Below, in pieces: positions 36,852 through 45,700 of a DNA stretch of 47,938 nt. Position 1 is the stretch's first letter. Each line of letters begins with the position of its first letter. Origin of the DNA: Candidatus Intestinimonas stercorigallinarum (GTDB lineage: Bacteria; Bacillota; Clostridia; Oscillospirales; Oscillospiraceae). The stretch is from contig DXDV01000237.1 of assembly GCA_019115345.1 (NCBI GenBank), positions 1-47,938 of the forward strand, given 5' to 3'. The notes beneath the pieces were generated by a model. It had not been told where the DNA came from and ran no database searches. It was given only the letters and a program-made list of their open reading frames with translations. The position numbers and the translations under genes were made by a program.

Positions 36852-37043
36852 CTAGATGCGTTCAAAGATGTTCTCCGGCTTGTCGTGGTCGTCGTTGAGC
36901 TGGCTGTTGATCCTGGAGACCTCCCGGCACCAGCGCAGGCGCTCCAGGTGGTTCAGGCCCAGGATCTCCTCCCGGCTCCAGTGCAGGTAGTAGCCCAGAA
37001 AGGCGGTCTCCTCATAGATTTTTTCCGCCGGATAGACCTCTAT
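36852..37043 (-). CDS. DUF6760-like small protein (gpT-like part of the tail chaperone); no canonical start codon; missing from the ORF track
   Basis: IEVYPAEKIYEETAFLGYYLHWSREEILGLNHLERLRWCREVSRINSQLN...; lies in the -1 frame of the upstream chaperone gene. Confidence 0.82.
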   Translation of the reverse strand: MEVYPAEKIYEETAFLGYYLHWSREEILGLNHLERLRWCREVSRINSQLNDDHDKPENIFERI

Positions 37044-37411
37044 TGTCCGGCCTCCAGAAAATTTATGGGCACCTCCACCTCTTCCCCGCAGTGGGGACAG
37101 ATCCCGCGGTAGACGGGGGCCTCCATGGAGTTGACCCGCTGGTAGAGGTCCTGGAGGTAGGCCAGGTCCATGGTGAAGAGCTTCTCCACGATCTTGGTGT
37201 CCACCGCCGGGAGGGAGCCCAGCCGCACGATGACCCGGGCCAGGAGGATGATGGTGAGGTAGGAGGGATTCTGCTGCACTCTGGGGTCCCGGAGGGGGAG
37301 GATCTCGTCGGCGGCGTTGGCCAGGCGCATGATGCCCTCCCGGTGGAGCATGCCCGTGTCGTCCACGTAGCCCCGGGGCAGGGTGAAGTGAAATTCGGTC
37401 TCAAAGGTCAT
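37040..37411 (-). CDS. Tail assembly chaperone-like CIS protein
   Basis: TEF.FTLPRGYVD..G.LHREG.MRLA.A.DEI.PL.DPRV..NP.YL..ILL.RVI, DLAYLQDLY, CPHCG. Confidence 0.88.
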   Translation of the reverse strand: MTFETEFHFTLPRGYVDDTGMLHREGIMRLANAADEILPLRDPRVQQNPSYLTIILLARVIVRLGSLPAVDTKIVEKLFTMDLAYLQDLYQRVNSMEAPVYRGICPHCGEEVEVPINFLEAGQ

Positions 37412-37459
37412 AAAGGATGCCCCCACTCATATACGTGTGTATGCGCGGACAGGCTGGTC

Positions 37460-37488
37460 CGCCGCGGGGACCTGTGGGCCCCGCGGCG
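37460..37488. other. GC-rich hairpin between the tube and chaperone genes
   Basis: CGCCGCGGGG / CCCCGCGGCG 10-bp perfect stem; no adjacent U tract. Confidence 0.65.
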
Positions 37489-37517
37489 TTCCAGCCGCCG
37501 CCAGCGTCGCAGTATCG

Positions 37518-37940
37518 TCAGGAAACTCTGGTCATGCCCTCGTGGGCGATCTCCACGGTCTCAATGGCGACCTCGGAGGAGGTGGCGTTGAAATCGGGGG
37601 CGGTGTACTTCACCGGCCAGGCGTTGATGACCTGCCAGGAGGCCACCGGCTGCTCCGACTCGTCCAGGGAGGTGATGGTGATGGTCTTGCGGTCCACGGG
37701 GCCGTCCACGCCGGTGATGAGCCACTCGTACATCACCAGGGAGTCGGTGAGGCCCTTTTTCAGGGTGATATTGCCGTATTTCTTCAGGCCGGGGATCTTG
37801 TAGGGGGTCTGGACCATGTCGCCCTCCCGGTATTCCATCACGTCGATGGAGGCGTCGAAGCCCGTGACCTCGGAGAAGCCGCCGGCGTCCAGGCCGTCGA
37901 TCTCCACCCGGTATCTGAATTTTCCATAGGGATAAGCCAT
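37518..37940 (-). CDS. Major tail tube protein (T4 gp19-like, Afp1/Pvc1-like)
   Basis: FRYRVEIDG...GGFSEVTG, EYREG, KIPGL.KYGNITLKKG, AWPVKY.APDFNA..SEVAIE..EIAHEG. Confidence 0.96.
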   Translation of the reverse strand: MAYPYGKFRYRVEIDGLDAGGFSEVTGFDASIDVMEYREGDMVQTPYKIPGLKKYGNITLKKGLTDSLVMYEWLITGVDGPVDRKTITITSLDESEQPVASWQVINAWPVKYTAPDFNATSSEVAIETVEIAHEGMTRVS

Positions 37941-37970
37941 AACTCAAAGCACTCCTTTCCTCGTGTGGTG

Positions 37971-39710
37971 TTACTCGCCGCCGGCCTCGCTGGTCTTCTG
38001 GGTGATGCGGAAGATCACGAACTCAGCGGGCTTGACGGGGGCGACGCCGATGACGCAGATCAGACGGCCGTTGTCGATGTCGTCCTGGCTCATGGTGCTG
38101 CGTCCGATGTCCACGAAGAAGGCCTCCGAGGTGGACGAGCCGGCCAGGCTGCCGTTGCGCCAGAGCCCGGTGAGGAACACGTCGATGGTGCGCTTGACCC
38201 GGACCCAGAGCTGCTCGTCGTTGGGCTCAAAGACGGCCCAGTTGGTGTTGGCCTTGATGGACTCCTCGATGAAGATGAAGAGCCGGCGGACGTTGACGTA
38301 CTTCCAGCTGGCGTTGGAGGTGGCGGTGCGGGCGCCCCAGACCCGGATGCCCTGGCCGGGGAAGGCCCGGATGAGGTTGACCCCCTTGGGGTTGAGGATG
38401 TCCTGCTCGCCCTTGTTGAACTGGCAGTCCAGCCCCACGCAGGCCCGGACGATCTCGTTGGCGGGCGCCTTGTGCACGCCCCGGGTGTTGTCGCTGCGGG
38501 CGTAGATGCCCAGCATGGAGCCCGAGGGCGGGATGGCGATGTTCTTCTTGTCCAGGGGATCGAAGATCTCCAGCCAGGGGTGGTAGAGGGCGGCGTAGTT
38601 GGAGTCGAAGATCTCCCGGTGGTTGAGGATGTCCTGGACCTTCTTGGCGTCCCGGGGCATGTCCAGCACGGCGAAGCGGCTGCCCAGATTCTCGCAGTGG
38701 GCCACCAGCATCAGCTGCACGTTGGGGTCCACCACGCCGGGCACGGCCATGATGGAGACCATGTCGTTGTCCAGGAAGGACTGGATGCCGGTGCGCTTGC
38801 CGGCGCCGTTGTCCACGCCGATGAAGTCGGCGGCGGAGAGGCTGGCCACGCTGCCGTTGCCGCCGCCCGCCAGGCTGACGGCGGCCAGGGCCTGGTCCTC
38901 CGCGGCGCACAGGCTGGCGAAGGGGGGCGTGCTGCCCTCGGGCAGGGCGCCGCAGGCCACGCTCACCAGGTCGGACTTGGCGGTGCGCTTGGTGACGAAG
39001 TTGGAGGCCTCCACGTTGAAGGACAGGTTCTCGTAGAGCTCCACCTGGTCGTCGTACTTGACCTCCAGGGAGAATTCGCAGGTGCTGATGGTCTTGATGG
39101 GCAGGAGGTTCTTGTCCACCACGCCCTCGTCAAAGTCCTCCGCGAACTCCAGCACGTTGTCCTGGCTCTTGAGGACCTTGTTGTAGATGACCTCCTTCTT
39201 GTCGGTATAGGCCACCACGTCGCCGGCGTTGAAGCCCGCGCCGTTTTTCACCAGGTACTGCTTCCCGGTGGGGGTGTCCCGGATCTCCAGGATCTGGGTC
39301 TTGGCCTTGCTGGCGGGAGAGATGGTCACCCGGATGTTGTCTCCCCACAGGCCGGGGTTTTTGGCGGTAAAGATCAGCGCCGCGCCCTCCTGGGCGGGGG
39401 CGAAGCCCTCGGCGCACTTGGCGTCGCCGGGCGCCACTCTGGACACGAAGCAGCGGGAGCCGCCGTTGATGAAGAAGTGCTCCACCGCGTAGGCCAGGAA
39501 GCGGTACTCGCCGAACTCGCTCTCCGACAGATAGCCGCCATAGATGCGCTTGAAGTCGGAGAAGTTGGTGACAAGCTGGGGCACGCCCTCCACGGGACCC
39601 CGCTCCGCCAGGCCGATAAAGCCCGCCGTGCTGGTGCTCACGCCCTCCATCGGCTTGCCGCCGGACTCAAACTCCTCTACGTAGACGCCCGGGGACAGAT
39701 ACTCAGCCAT
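37971..39710 (-). CDS. Contractile tail sheath protein
   Basis: MAEYLSPGVYVEE, RFAVLD, YAALYHPW, PPSG...G.YAR.D..RGVHKAPANE, WGART, YVNVRR, VFEPN, GVAPVKPAEFVIFRI. Confidence 0.97.
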   Translation of the reverse strand: MAEYLSPGVYVEEFESGGKPMEGVSTSTAGFIGLAERGPVEGVPQLVTNFSDFKRIYGGYLSESEFGEYRFLAYAVEHFFINGGSRCFVSRVAPGDAKCAEGFAPAQEGAALIFTAKNPGLWGDNIRVTISPASKAKTQILEIRDTPTGKQYLVKNGAGFNAGDVVAYTDKKEVIYNKVLKSQDNVLEFAEDFDEGVVDKNLLPIKTISTCEFSLEVKYDDQVELYENLSFNVEASNFVTKRTAKSDLVSVACGALPEGSTPPFASLCAAEDQALAAVSLAGGGNGSVASLSAADFIGVDNGAGKRTGIQSFLDNDMVSIMAVPGVVDPNVQLMLVAHCENLGSRFAVLDMPRDAKKVQDILNHREIFDSNYAALYHPWLEIFDPLDKKNIAIPPSGSMLGIYARSDNTRGVHKAPANEIVRACVGLDCQFNKGEQDILNPKGVNLIRAFPGQGIRVWGARTATSNASWKYVNVRRLFIFIEESIKANTNWAVFEPNDEQLWVRVKRTIDVFLTGLWRNGSLAGSSTSEAFFVDIGRSTMSQDDIDNGRLICVIGVAPVKPAEFVIFRITQKTSEAGGE

Positions 39711-39795
39711 ACGTTTCCCGGTTCCGGTCCTCCGGTACCCGAACCGGTTTCCCCCTTTCTGTTCATACTGATGCTTGGGTTTCTCTGATAACAAC

Positions 39796-39843
39796 AAAAT
39801 AGCAGACGACTATGAACCATCCTCTGAACATTTTGCTGAACAG
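39796..39843 (-). promoter_or_regulatory. Candidate activator-dependent promoter of the structural operon
   Basis: Minus strand: three GTTCA direct repeats at 12-bp period (39841, 39829, 39817), then extended -10 TGcTATTTT (39804-39796); no consensus -35. Confidence 0.5.
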
Positions 39844-39853
39844 GGAAAATTTT

Positions 39854-40744
39854 TTAGAATTTTGTCTCTTCTTGTGAGGGCGGCGCCTCTCCCTCCTCCG
39901 GCAGGGCCTCCAGGGCGGCGGCCAGCAGGGCGTCGGCCAGGGTCCCGGCGTCCTCGGGGGCCTCTCCCTCCCCCTCCGGCGGCGGGGGCTCCTCCTCCAG
40001 GGGCAGCAGGAGCGGGGACAGCCAGTCCGCCCGCTCCAGCGCTCCCGCCCGGCGGCGGGAGGCCTCCTGCGCCTTTTGGAGGAGCAGCCGCAGCCGCCGC
40101 TCCTGGGCGGTTTTCTCCGTCAGGACCTGGCGGAGGGCCTGCTTGCGGGCGTTCACCTGCCGGAGAAGGGGGCGGTCCGGCCGCTCCCTTTTGGCAAGGA
40201 GGTCCTCCTCCAGCTTCTGGAGACGGCGCAGGGCCTTGCGTTCCCCGGCCCGGCTCAGGAAGGGAACCTGCTCCTCCAGGACCTGCTGGTCCCGTTCCCG
40301 GACCACCTCCTTGAGCCGGGCCATCATGGACCGGGGGCTCTTCCGGTGGGAGGCCCGGAAGGCCACGGCGCTCTTTTTGGGGTCGTGGGCGTTGACCCGG
40401 ACATTTCCCCGGGTCAGGTCCATGGGCCGGGCGCTCCCCGCCAGGAGGGTCTGCTCCTCCCGGGTGGCCGCCGGGCCCTCCCGGCTCCGCCGCTTGGAGA
40501 CCACCAGGGTGAGCTCCTTCTTCCGGCTCACCCCAATGGCCACGTCCCCGTAGGAGCCGCCCATCCTGGCCACCTCCCGGGGCCGGGCGGTCGCCTCCCG
40601 GCTGTGGGGCTCGTAGCCCGTCAGGTGGTCCCGGCCTTCCTTCCTGCTCTTGGGGGAGACCTCCCACATGCGCCCCTCGGAGGAGCGCCAGGCCGGCGGA
40701 CGGTCCTCCCGCCGGGGCTCCCGCTCAAAACGGTCCATTGTCAT
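39854..40744 (-). CDS. Hypothetical protein with Arg/Glu-rich coiled coil and acidic tail
   Basis: 296-aa ORF with RBS GGAGGAGG; overlaps the end of the upstream ATPase; co-oriented with the locus. Confidence 0.65.
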   Translation of the reverse strand: MTMDRFEREPRREDRPPAWRSSEGRMWEVSPKSRKEGRDHLTGYEPHSREATARPREVARMGGSYGDVAIGVSRKKELTLVVSKRRSREGPAATREEQTLLAGSARPMDLTRGNVRVNAHDPKKSAVAFRASHRKSPRSMMARLKEVVRERDQQVLEEQVPFLSRAGERKALRRLQKLEEDLLAKRERPDRPLLRQVNARKQALRQVLTEKTAQERRLRLLLQKAQEASRRRAGALERADWLSPLLLPLEEEPPPPEGEGEAPEDAGTLADALLAAALEALPEEGEAPPSQEETKF

Positions 40745-42779
40745 CCTCCTCCGCCAGCATGTAGTACTGCCCGAAGTCCTCCCTGGAGAGGACCTTGCCG
40801 CTCTTGCGCAGCTCCCGCCCCAGGGCGGTGAGCAGGTGGCCCATCCCCACCGGCTTGCCGTCCCCGGCGGCCAGGAAGGCGGCGTTCACCGCCACGTTCT
40901 TGATGCCGCTGCCGCTGAGCTCGAACTGGGCGGCCAGAAAATCCCAGTCGATGTCTCCCTCCAGGGGGGTCTGGGCGGGAAAGACCGCCCGCCACAGCAG
41001 ACGCCGGTAGTGGGCGTCGGGGAAGGGGAACTCGATGATGAACTTCAGCCGCCGCTTGAAGGCCTCGTCAAAATTCTGGAGGAAGTTGGTGGCCAGCACG
41101 CTGACCCCGGAGTACTCCTCCATCTTCTGGAGGAGGTAGGCGGCCTCCATGTTGTTGTATTTGTCGTGGGCGTCCTTCACCTCGGTGCGCTTGCTGAAGA
41201 GGACGTCGGCCTCGTCAAAGAAGAGGACCACCTGCCCCCGGGCGGCCTCCCGGAAGATGTCGCTGAGGTTCTTCTCGGTCTCCCCCACGTACTTGCTCAC
41301 CACGGCGGACAGGTCCACCTTGTAGAGCTCCAGTCCCAGCTCGCCGGCGGCGATCTGGGCGGCCATGGTCTTGCCGGTGCCCGGCGGGCCGGAGAAGAGC
41401 AGGGACAGCCCCGCCCCGTAGGGCAGCTTCCGGCCGAAGCCCCAGGTCCCGTAGACCTGGCGGCGGTAGCGCATCTGGTCGCAGGCCCCCCGGAGCAGCC
41501 GCTTGGAGCGCTCAGGGAGGATGAGGTCGTCCCAGGTGAAGAGGGAGGCCACCTTCCGGGCCTTTCCCTCCAGGCCGTGGTGGAGCTGGGCCCGGCAGCC
41601 CTGGTCCAGGCAGTCCCCGTCGATGTCCGGCAGGCCCCGCCAGCGGGCCAGGGTCTCGGCGGACCCCAGCGCGTGCTTCATCTGCCCCGGCGTCAGGCGA
41701 TAGGTCCCCGCCAGCCGGTCCGGCTCCTGGGGGGCGGTCAGGGGGTGGTCCGCCAGGAGGCCGGCCCACAGCGCCCGGCTCTCCTCCAGGCCGGGGAGGG
41801 GCAGGGGGACGGGCACCGCCCGGAAGTCCCCGGGGCTCCCGGCGGGGGGCCAGTCCTCCAGGCTGAGGAGGAGGGAGCAGCCCGCCGCCGCCGTGTCGTA
41901 GAGCAGCATGGTGAGGAACTCCGCCGCCTCCCGGTCGGTCCGGGCGGCCAGGGCCGCCTCCTCCAGCCCGGTGAGGCATACCGGGCACCGCTGGAGCAGG
42001 GCCTCCCGCACCAGCTCCCGGCGGAAGGCGGGGCCGTCCTCGCCGGAGAGGAAGCGGCCGTCGGCCAGGAGGAGGGGGGCTTCCCGCCGCTGCGCCAGGG
42101 CCAGGGCCAGGGTCCTGCGCCCCGCCCCCGGCTGGCCCCACAGCAGAAAGCCGGTCCGCTCCCTGGGGGAGCGGTCCAGATAGGCCGCCATCTGGTCGGC
42201 CAGGGCCGCCAGGCGGGGCGGGGCGGGTTCCTCCGGCCAGAGGAGGGAGAGCCCCGGCAGGCCGGGCTCCTCCCAGGCGGCGGCCAGGGCGAAGTCCGCC
42301 ACCCGCCGGGCCGGTCTCAAAAGGGCGGAGAGCCCGGCGTGGCCGGACGCTCCGCCCTCTTCCAGGCAGTATCGCGCCAGGGGGCCTCCGGCGGCCAGGG
42401 CGGCGCGGGCGCCGGGGCCGGGCAGGTCGCCCCAGCCCAGCAGCCGCAGGGCGAGACCGGCGGTGAGCCCTCCCTCCGGCCCGGCGCAGCGCCGGGCAAA
42501 GCCCTGGTCGGCCTCGGCCAGCAGGACCAGGGCCAGCAGCTGGGTCTGGAGGGGGCTCAGGTCCAGGGCCGCCGCCAGATAGGGCAGGGGGAAGAAGGTC
42601 CCCGCCTCCACCCCGGCGGCGCTCCGGCCCTCCAGCCGCTCCCAGCACTTCCGGGCGGCCAGACGGCGGGGGGCGGGGTCGCCCTCCCCCTCGCAGGCCT
42701 CCCACAGCAGAGCTCCCCAGGCGGAGAGCTCCCGCCAGTAGCGGGCGTCAGAGTCGTAGGGCTCCCAGTGCTCTCTCAT
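40725..42779 (-). CDS. Second AAA+ ATPase, Afp15/Pvc15-like
   Basis: GPPGTGKT, LFFDEAD, KRTEVKDAHDKYNN, degenerate first module GQPGAGRRT; ATG 42779 overlaps the regulator stop (ATGA) and has RBS GGGAGG. Confidence 0.92.
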   Translation of the reverse strand: MREHWEPYDSDARYWRELSAWGALLWEACEGEGDPAPRRLAARKCWERLEGRSAAGVEAGTFFPLPYLAAALDLSPLQTQLLALVLLAEADQGFARRCAGPEGGLTAGLALRLLGWGDLPGPGARAALAAGGPLARYCLEEGGASGHAGLSALLRPARRVADFALAAAWEEPGLPGLSLLWPEEPAPPRLAALADQMAAYLDRSPRERTGFLLWGQPGAGRRTLALALAQRREAPLLLADGRFLSGEDGPAFRRELVREALLQRCPVCLTGLEEAALAARTDREAAEFLTMLLYDTAAAGCSLLLSLEDWPPAGSPGDFRAVPVPLPLPGLEESRALWAGLLADHPLTAPQEPDRLAGTYRLTPGQMKHALGSAETLARWRGLPDIDGDCLDQGCRAQLHHGLEGKARKVASLFTWDDLILPERSKRLLRGACDQMRYRRQVYGTWGFGRKLPYGAGLSLLFSGPPGTGKTMAAQIAAGELGLELYKVDLSAVVSKYVGETEKNLSDIFREAARGQVVLFFDEADVLFSKRTEVKDAHDKYNNMEAAYLLQKMEEYSGVSVLATNFLQNFDEAFKRRLKFIIEFPFPDAHYRRLLWRAVFPAQTPLEGDIDWDFLAAQFELSGSGIKNVAVNAAFLAAGDGKPVGMGHLLTALGRELRKSGKVLSREDFGQYYMLAEEDDNGPF

Positions 42780-45700
42780 TTCAGCGACCTCCCATTGCCC
42801 AGGCGTCTGAGCAGACATTCCTTATAGATGCGTGTGACCTCCTCCCCGGGCTCGGCGTCCAGGTCCTCGGCCAGGGTGTCCTTGAGGCGGTTGTAGACCG
42901 CCATGGCGTTTTTCATCTCTCCCATGGCGGAGTAGCAGCGGATGAGCAGGGCAGCCAGGTCCTCGTCGTAGGGCTCCTGCCGGGCCGCCGCCCGCAGGCA
43001 GTCCGCCGCCCGGGAGAAGTCCCCCCGCTCCATGCAGGTCTCGGCGGCGGAGCGGCACAGCCGCAGGAAGGCCCCGGCGTACCAGGCCCGGCTGTCCTCG
43101 GCCCAGGGGGCTTCGATGTCCTCCAGATAGGGCCCGGCGTAGAGGGCGGACAGGTCCCCGTCCGGCGGGTCCCCCGACCGGACGGCCTCCTCCAGGGCGT
43201 TCCGGTCGGACTCCACCAGCGCCATGTACATCCGGTAGCCCTTTTTCTCCCGCTGGACGAGCTGGTCCAGGCCGTAGGGGGCCAGGCTCTTGCGGATGTT
43301 GTAGAGGCTGGTGTGGAGGAGGGAGGTGGCGTTGGAGGGGGCGGACTGGGGCCAGAGGACGTCGATGAGCCGCTCCCGGTCCACCAGGGCGCCGCTGTGG
43401 TGGAAGAGATAGGCGAAGAGCTCCTGGGCCTTCCGGGTCCGCCAGCGCAGCTCCTGCCCGTCGGGCAGCAGCACCCGCAGCCGTCCGAAGGCCCGGACGG
43501 CCACCTTGGCGGGCGCGCCGTCCTCCTGCGGGTCCGGCTCCTCCTCCGGGGCGGCGCACAGGGAGAGGCCGCTTCCCCGGCGGGAGAGCAGGGCCTCCAG
43601 CGCGGCCTGCTCCTGGGGGGTAAGTCCGGGGCAGAGGAGCCGGTTTTCCGTCAGATACCGGGCGCACCGCTCCGCCAGGGCGGCGGCCTCCTCGGGGGCG
43701 CTCTCCCGGAGGAGCAGGCTCTCCTCCAGGGTGAGGAAGGCCAGGAAGGCGTTGGACCGCCCTCCTTCCCCCTCCTGCCAGAGCCGGCGGTCGGACCGGG
43801 CGGCGCGGCACAGCTCCAGGGCCCGGGCGGTCTCCCCCTCCCGGGCCAGGCGGCGCACCGTCAGCCACCGGGCGCCGTCCTGGACCAGAAGGAAGACGCC
43901 GGTGGTCAGCCCGAAGAGGGCGTCCTCCTCCCGGCGGCTCAGGGGCTCTGCCCGAAGGGTCCGCTGGAGGAGGTAGACCAGGTCGCCGAATTCCCGGCAT
44001 TCCAGGCTTCCCCGGGCGGCGGCGCTCTCCCAGAGGCCCCTGCCCGGCTCCTGGGCGGGGGCGGCGCCGCCGGCGAGGCCGTGCAGGACGCCCACCATGG
44101 CGTGGAGGAGGGACAGGTGCTCCAGCTCCCGCCGGGAGAGACCCGCCGGCGGCGTCTCCATGAGCTGGTCGAACTGGGCCAGGGCCTGCTCCGTCCGGCC
44201 GCTCACCGCCAGATAGAGGGCGTGGTAGGGGGCGGCCGGCGCGCCCCCTCCGCTCCCCCGCAGGACCATGTACATCCGGAGGGCCTTCCGGTACTCCCCC
44301 ATGACGAAGAAGGAGATGGCCGCCATCTCCCGCCCCCGCAGCAGGCCCTCCTGGTCGCCCCGGCGGGCGCTGTCCTCGATGCCGGCGAGGACCAGGGCCA
44401 TGGCCCGGTCAAATTGCCGCAGGTCCATCAGGTTCTGGAAGCACAGCTCCCCCGCCTGGCGGCGCAGAGGGGCCAGGGAGGACCGCTCCGGGCGGAGCTG
44501 CGGAAAGAGCTCCTGCAGCAGGGCCAGGCTCTCGTCAATGGAGAGCCGCTCCCGGGCGATCTGGGCCTGGAGGAGCTTGGCCTCCAGCAGGCACCGCTCC
44601 CCGGTCTGCCCGGAGAGCCGCTGGACCACCTCCTCGGCCAGCGCCAGGGCCTCCTGCCACGCGCCGGTGCGCTGGAGGAACTGTCCCCGGAGGAGGAGGA
44701 TCTCCGACGTGGGCGGGGTCTCCAGGGCGGTCAGCCCTTCCAGCCAGCGCCGCAGGGTGTTCAGCCGCCCCTGGGCCAGGGCCTCCCGGCCCGCCGTCTC
44801 CACGGCGTTCTGGAGCCGCTGGCCGTCGCCGCAGGCCAGGGCGTACTCCGCCGCCAGGGCCTTGTTCGGGGTGCGCAGATAGAAGTCGGAGGCCTTCTCC
44901 AGCTGCAGCCTGCGCTGCCGGGGCTGGAGCTGGGCCTGGAGGAAGCTGCGGAAGAGGCTGTGGCAGCGGTAGAGCTGGTCGGAGATGCGCAGGATGAAGA
45001 GGTTCTCCCGCTCCAGGTAAGAGAGCTGCCCGGCGGCGTTGTCGATGCCGGCCAGGGCGTTGCACACGTCGGGCCGCAGGTCGTCCAGCACCGACGTGCT
45101 GGTGAGGAAGTGCTGGAGCTCGAAGGGCAGCTTCCGGAAGAGCTCGTGCATGAAGTAGTCCTGGAGGTAGCTCTGCTGGCAGGCCTGTGCCAGCTCCCGC
45201 TCGGTCATCCGGCTCTGCCGCTGGCGGAAGTAGAGGATGGCGAAGCTGACCCCGGCGGGCCAGCCCTCCATGTAGGTCTGCATGGCCTGGGCCACCCGGT
45301 CCAGGTCCTCGGGGGCGGTATACTCCCGGATGAGGAGCTTGACCTCCTCCGGATGGAAGGCGAGACTGTCGGCCCCCAGCACCATGGCGCTGCGCTCCAG
45401 CAGGTAACGGGCGCAAAAAGCCGGGGGGGCGCTCTTCGTGCAGAGGAAGAGGCGCAGTCCCCCAGGCTGGTGGTCCAATATTATGTTGAGGAAGCGGAAG
45501 ATCCACTCGTTTTCAATGACCTGAAAATCGTCCAGCACCACGCAGAACTCCTGCTCCCCCAGCTCCCGGAACATGGCGGTAAATTCCAGGGCCAGCTCCT
45601 GGACCAGAGTCTCGTCCTGGTCCAGGGTCAGATAGGGGGAGAAGTCCGGCTGGAAGGCGGGCAGCACCTTGGCCACGGACTTGCTGAGGTAGCGGGCAAA

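Noticed and set aside
5437-39710. Prophage or R-type tailocin interpretation
   Set aside because: No capsid, portal, terminase, integrase or lysis genes recognised; DUF4255, Pvc15-like ATPases, DUF4280 and two gp19-like tubes point to the eCIS class.
5437-42779. Canonical T6SS
   Set aside because: No TssJ/L/M, TssA, TssK or ClpV; sheath is a single gp18-like protein and the tubes are gp19-like, not Hcp.
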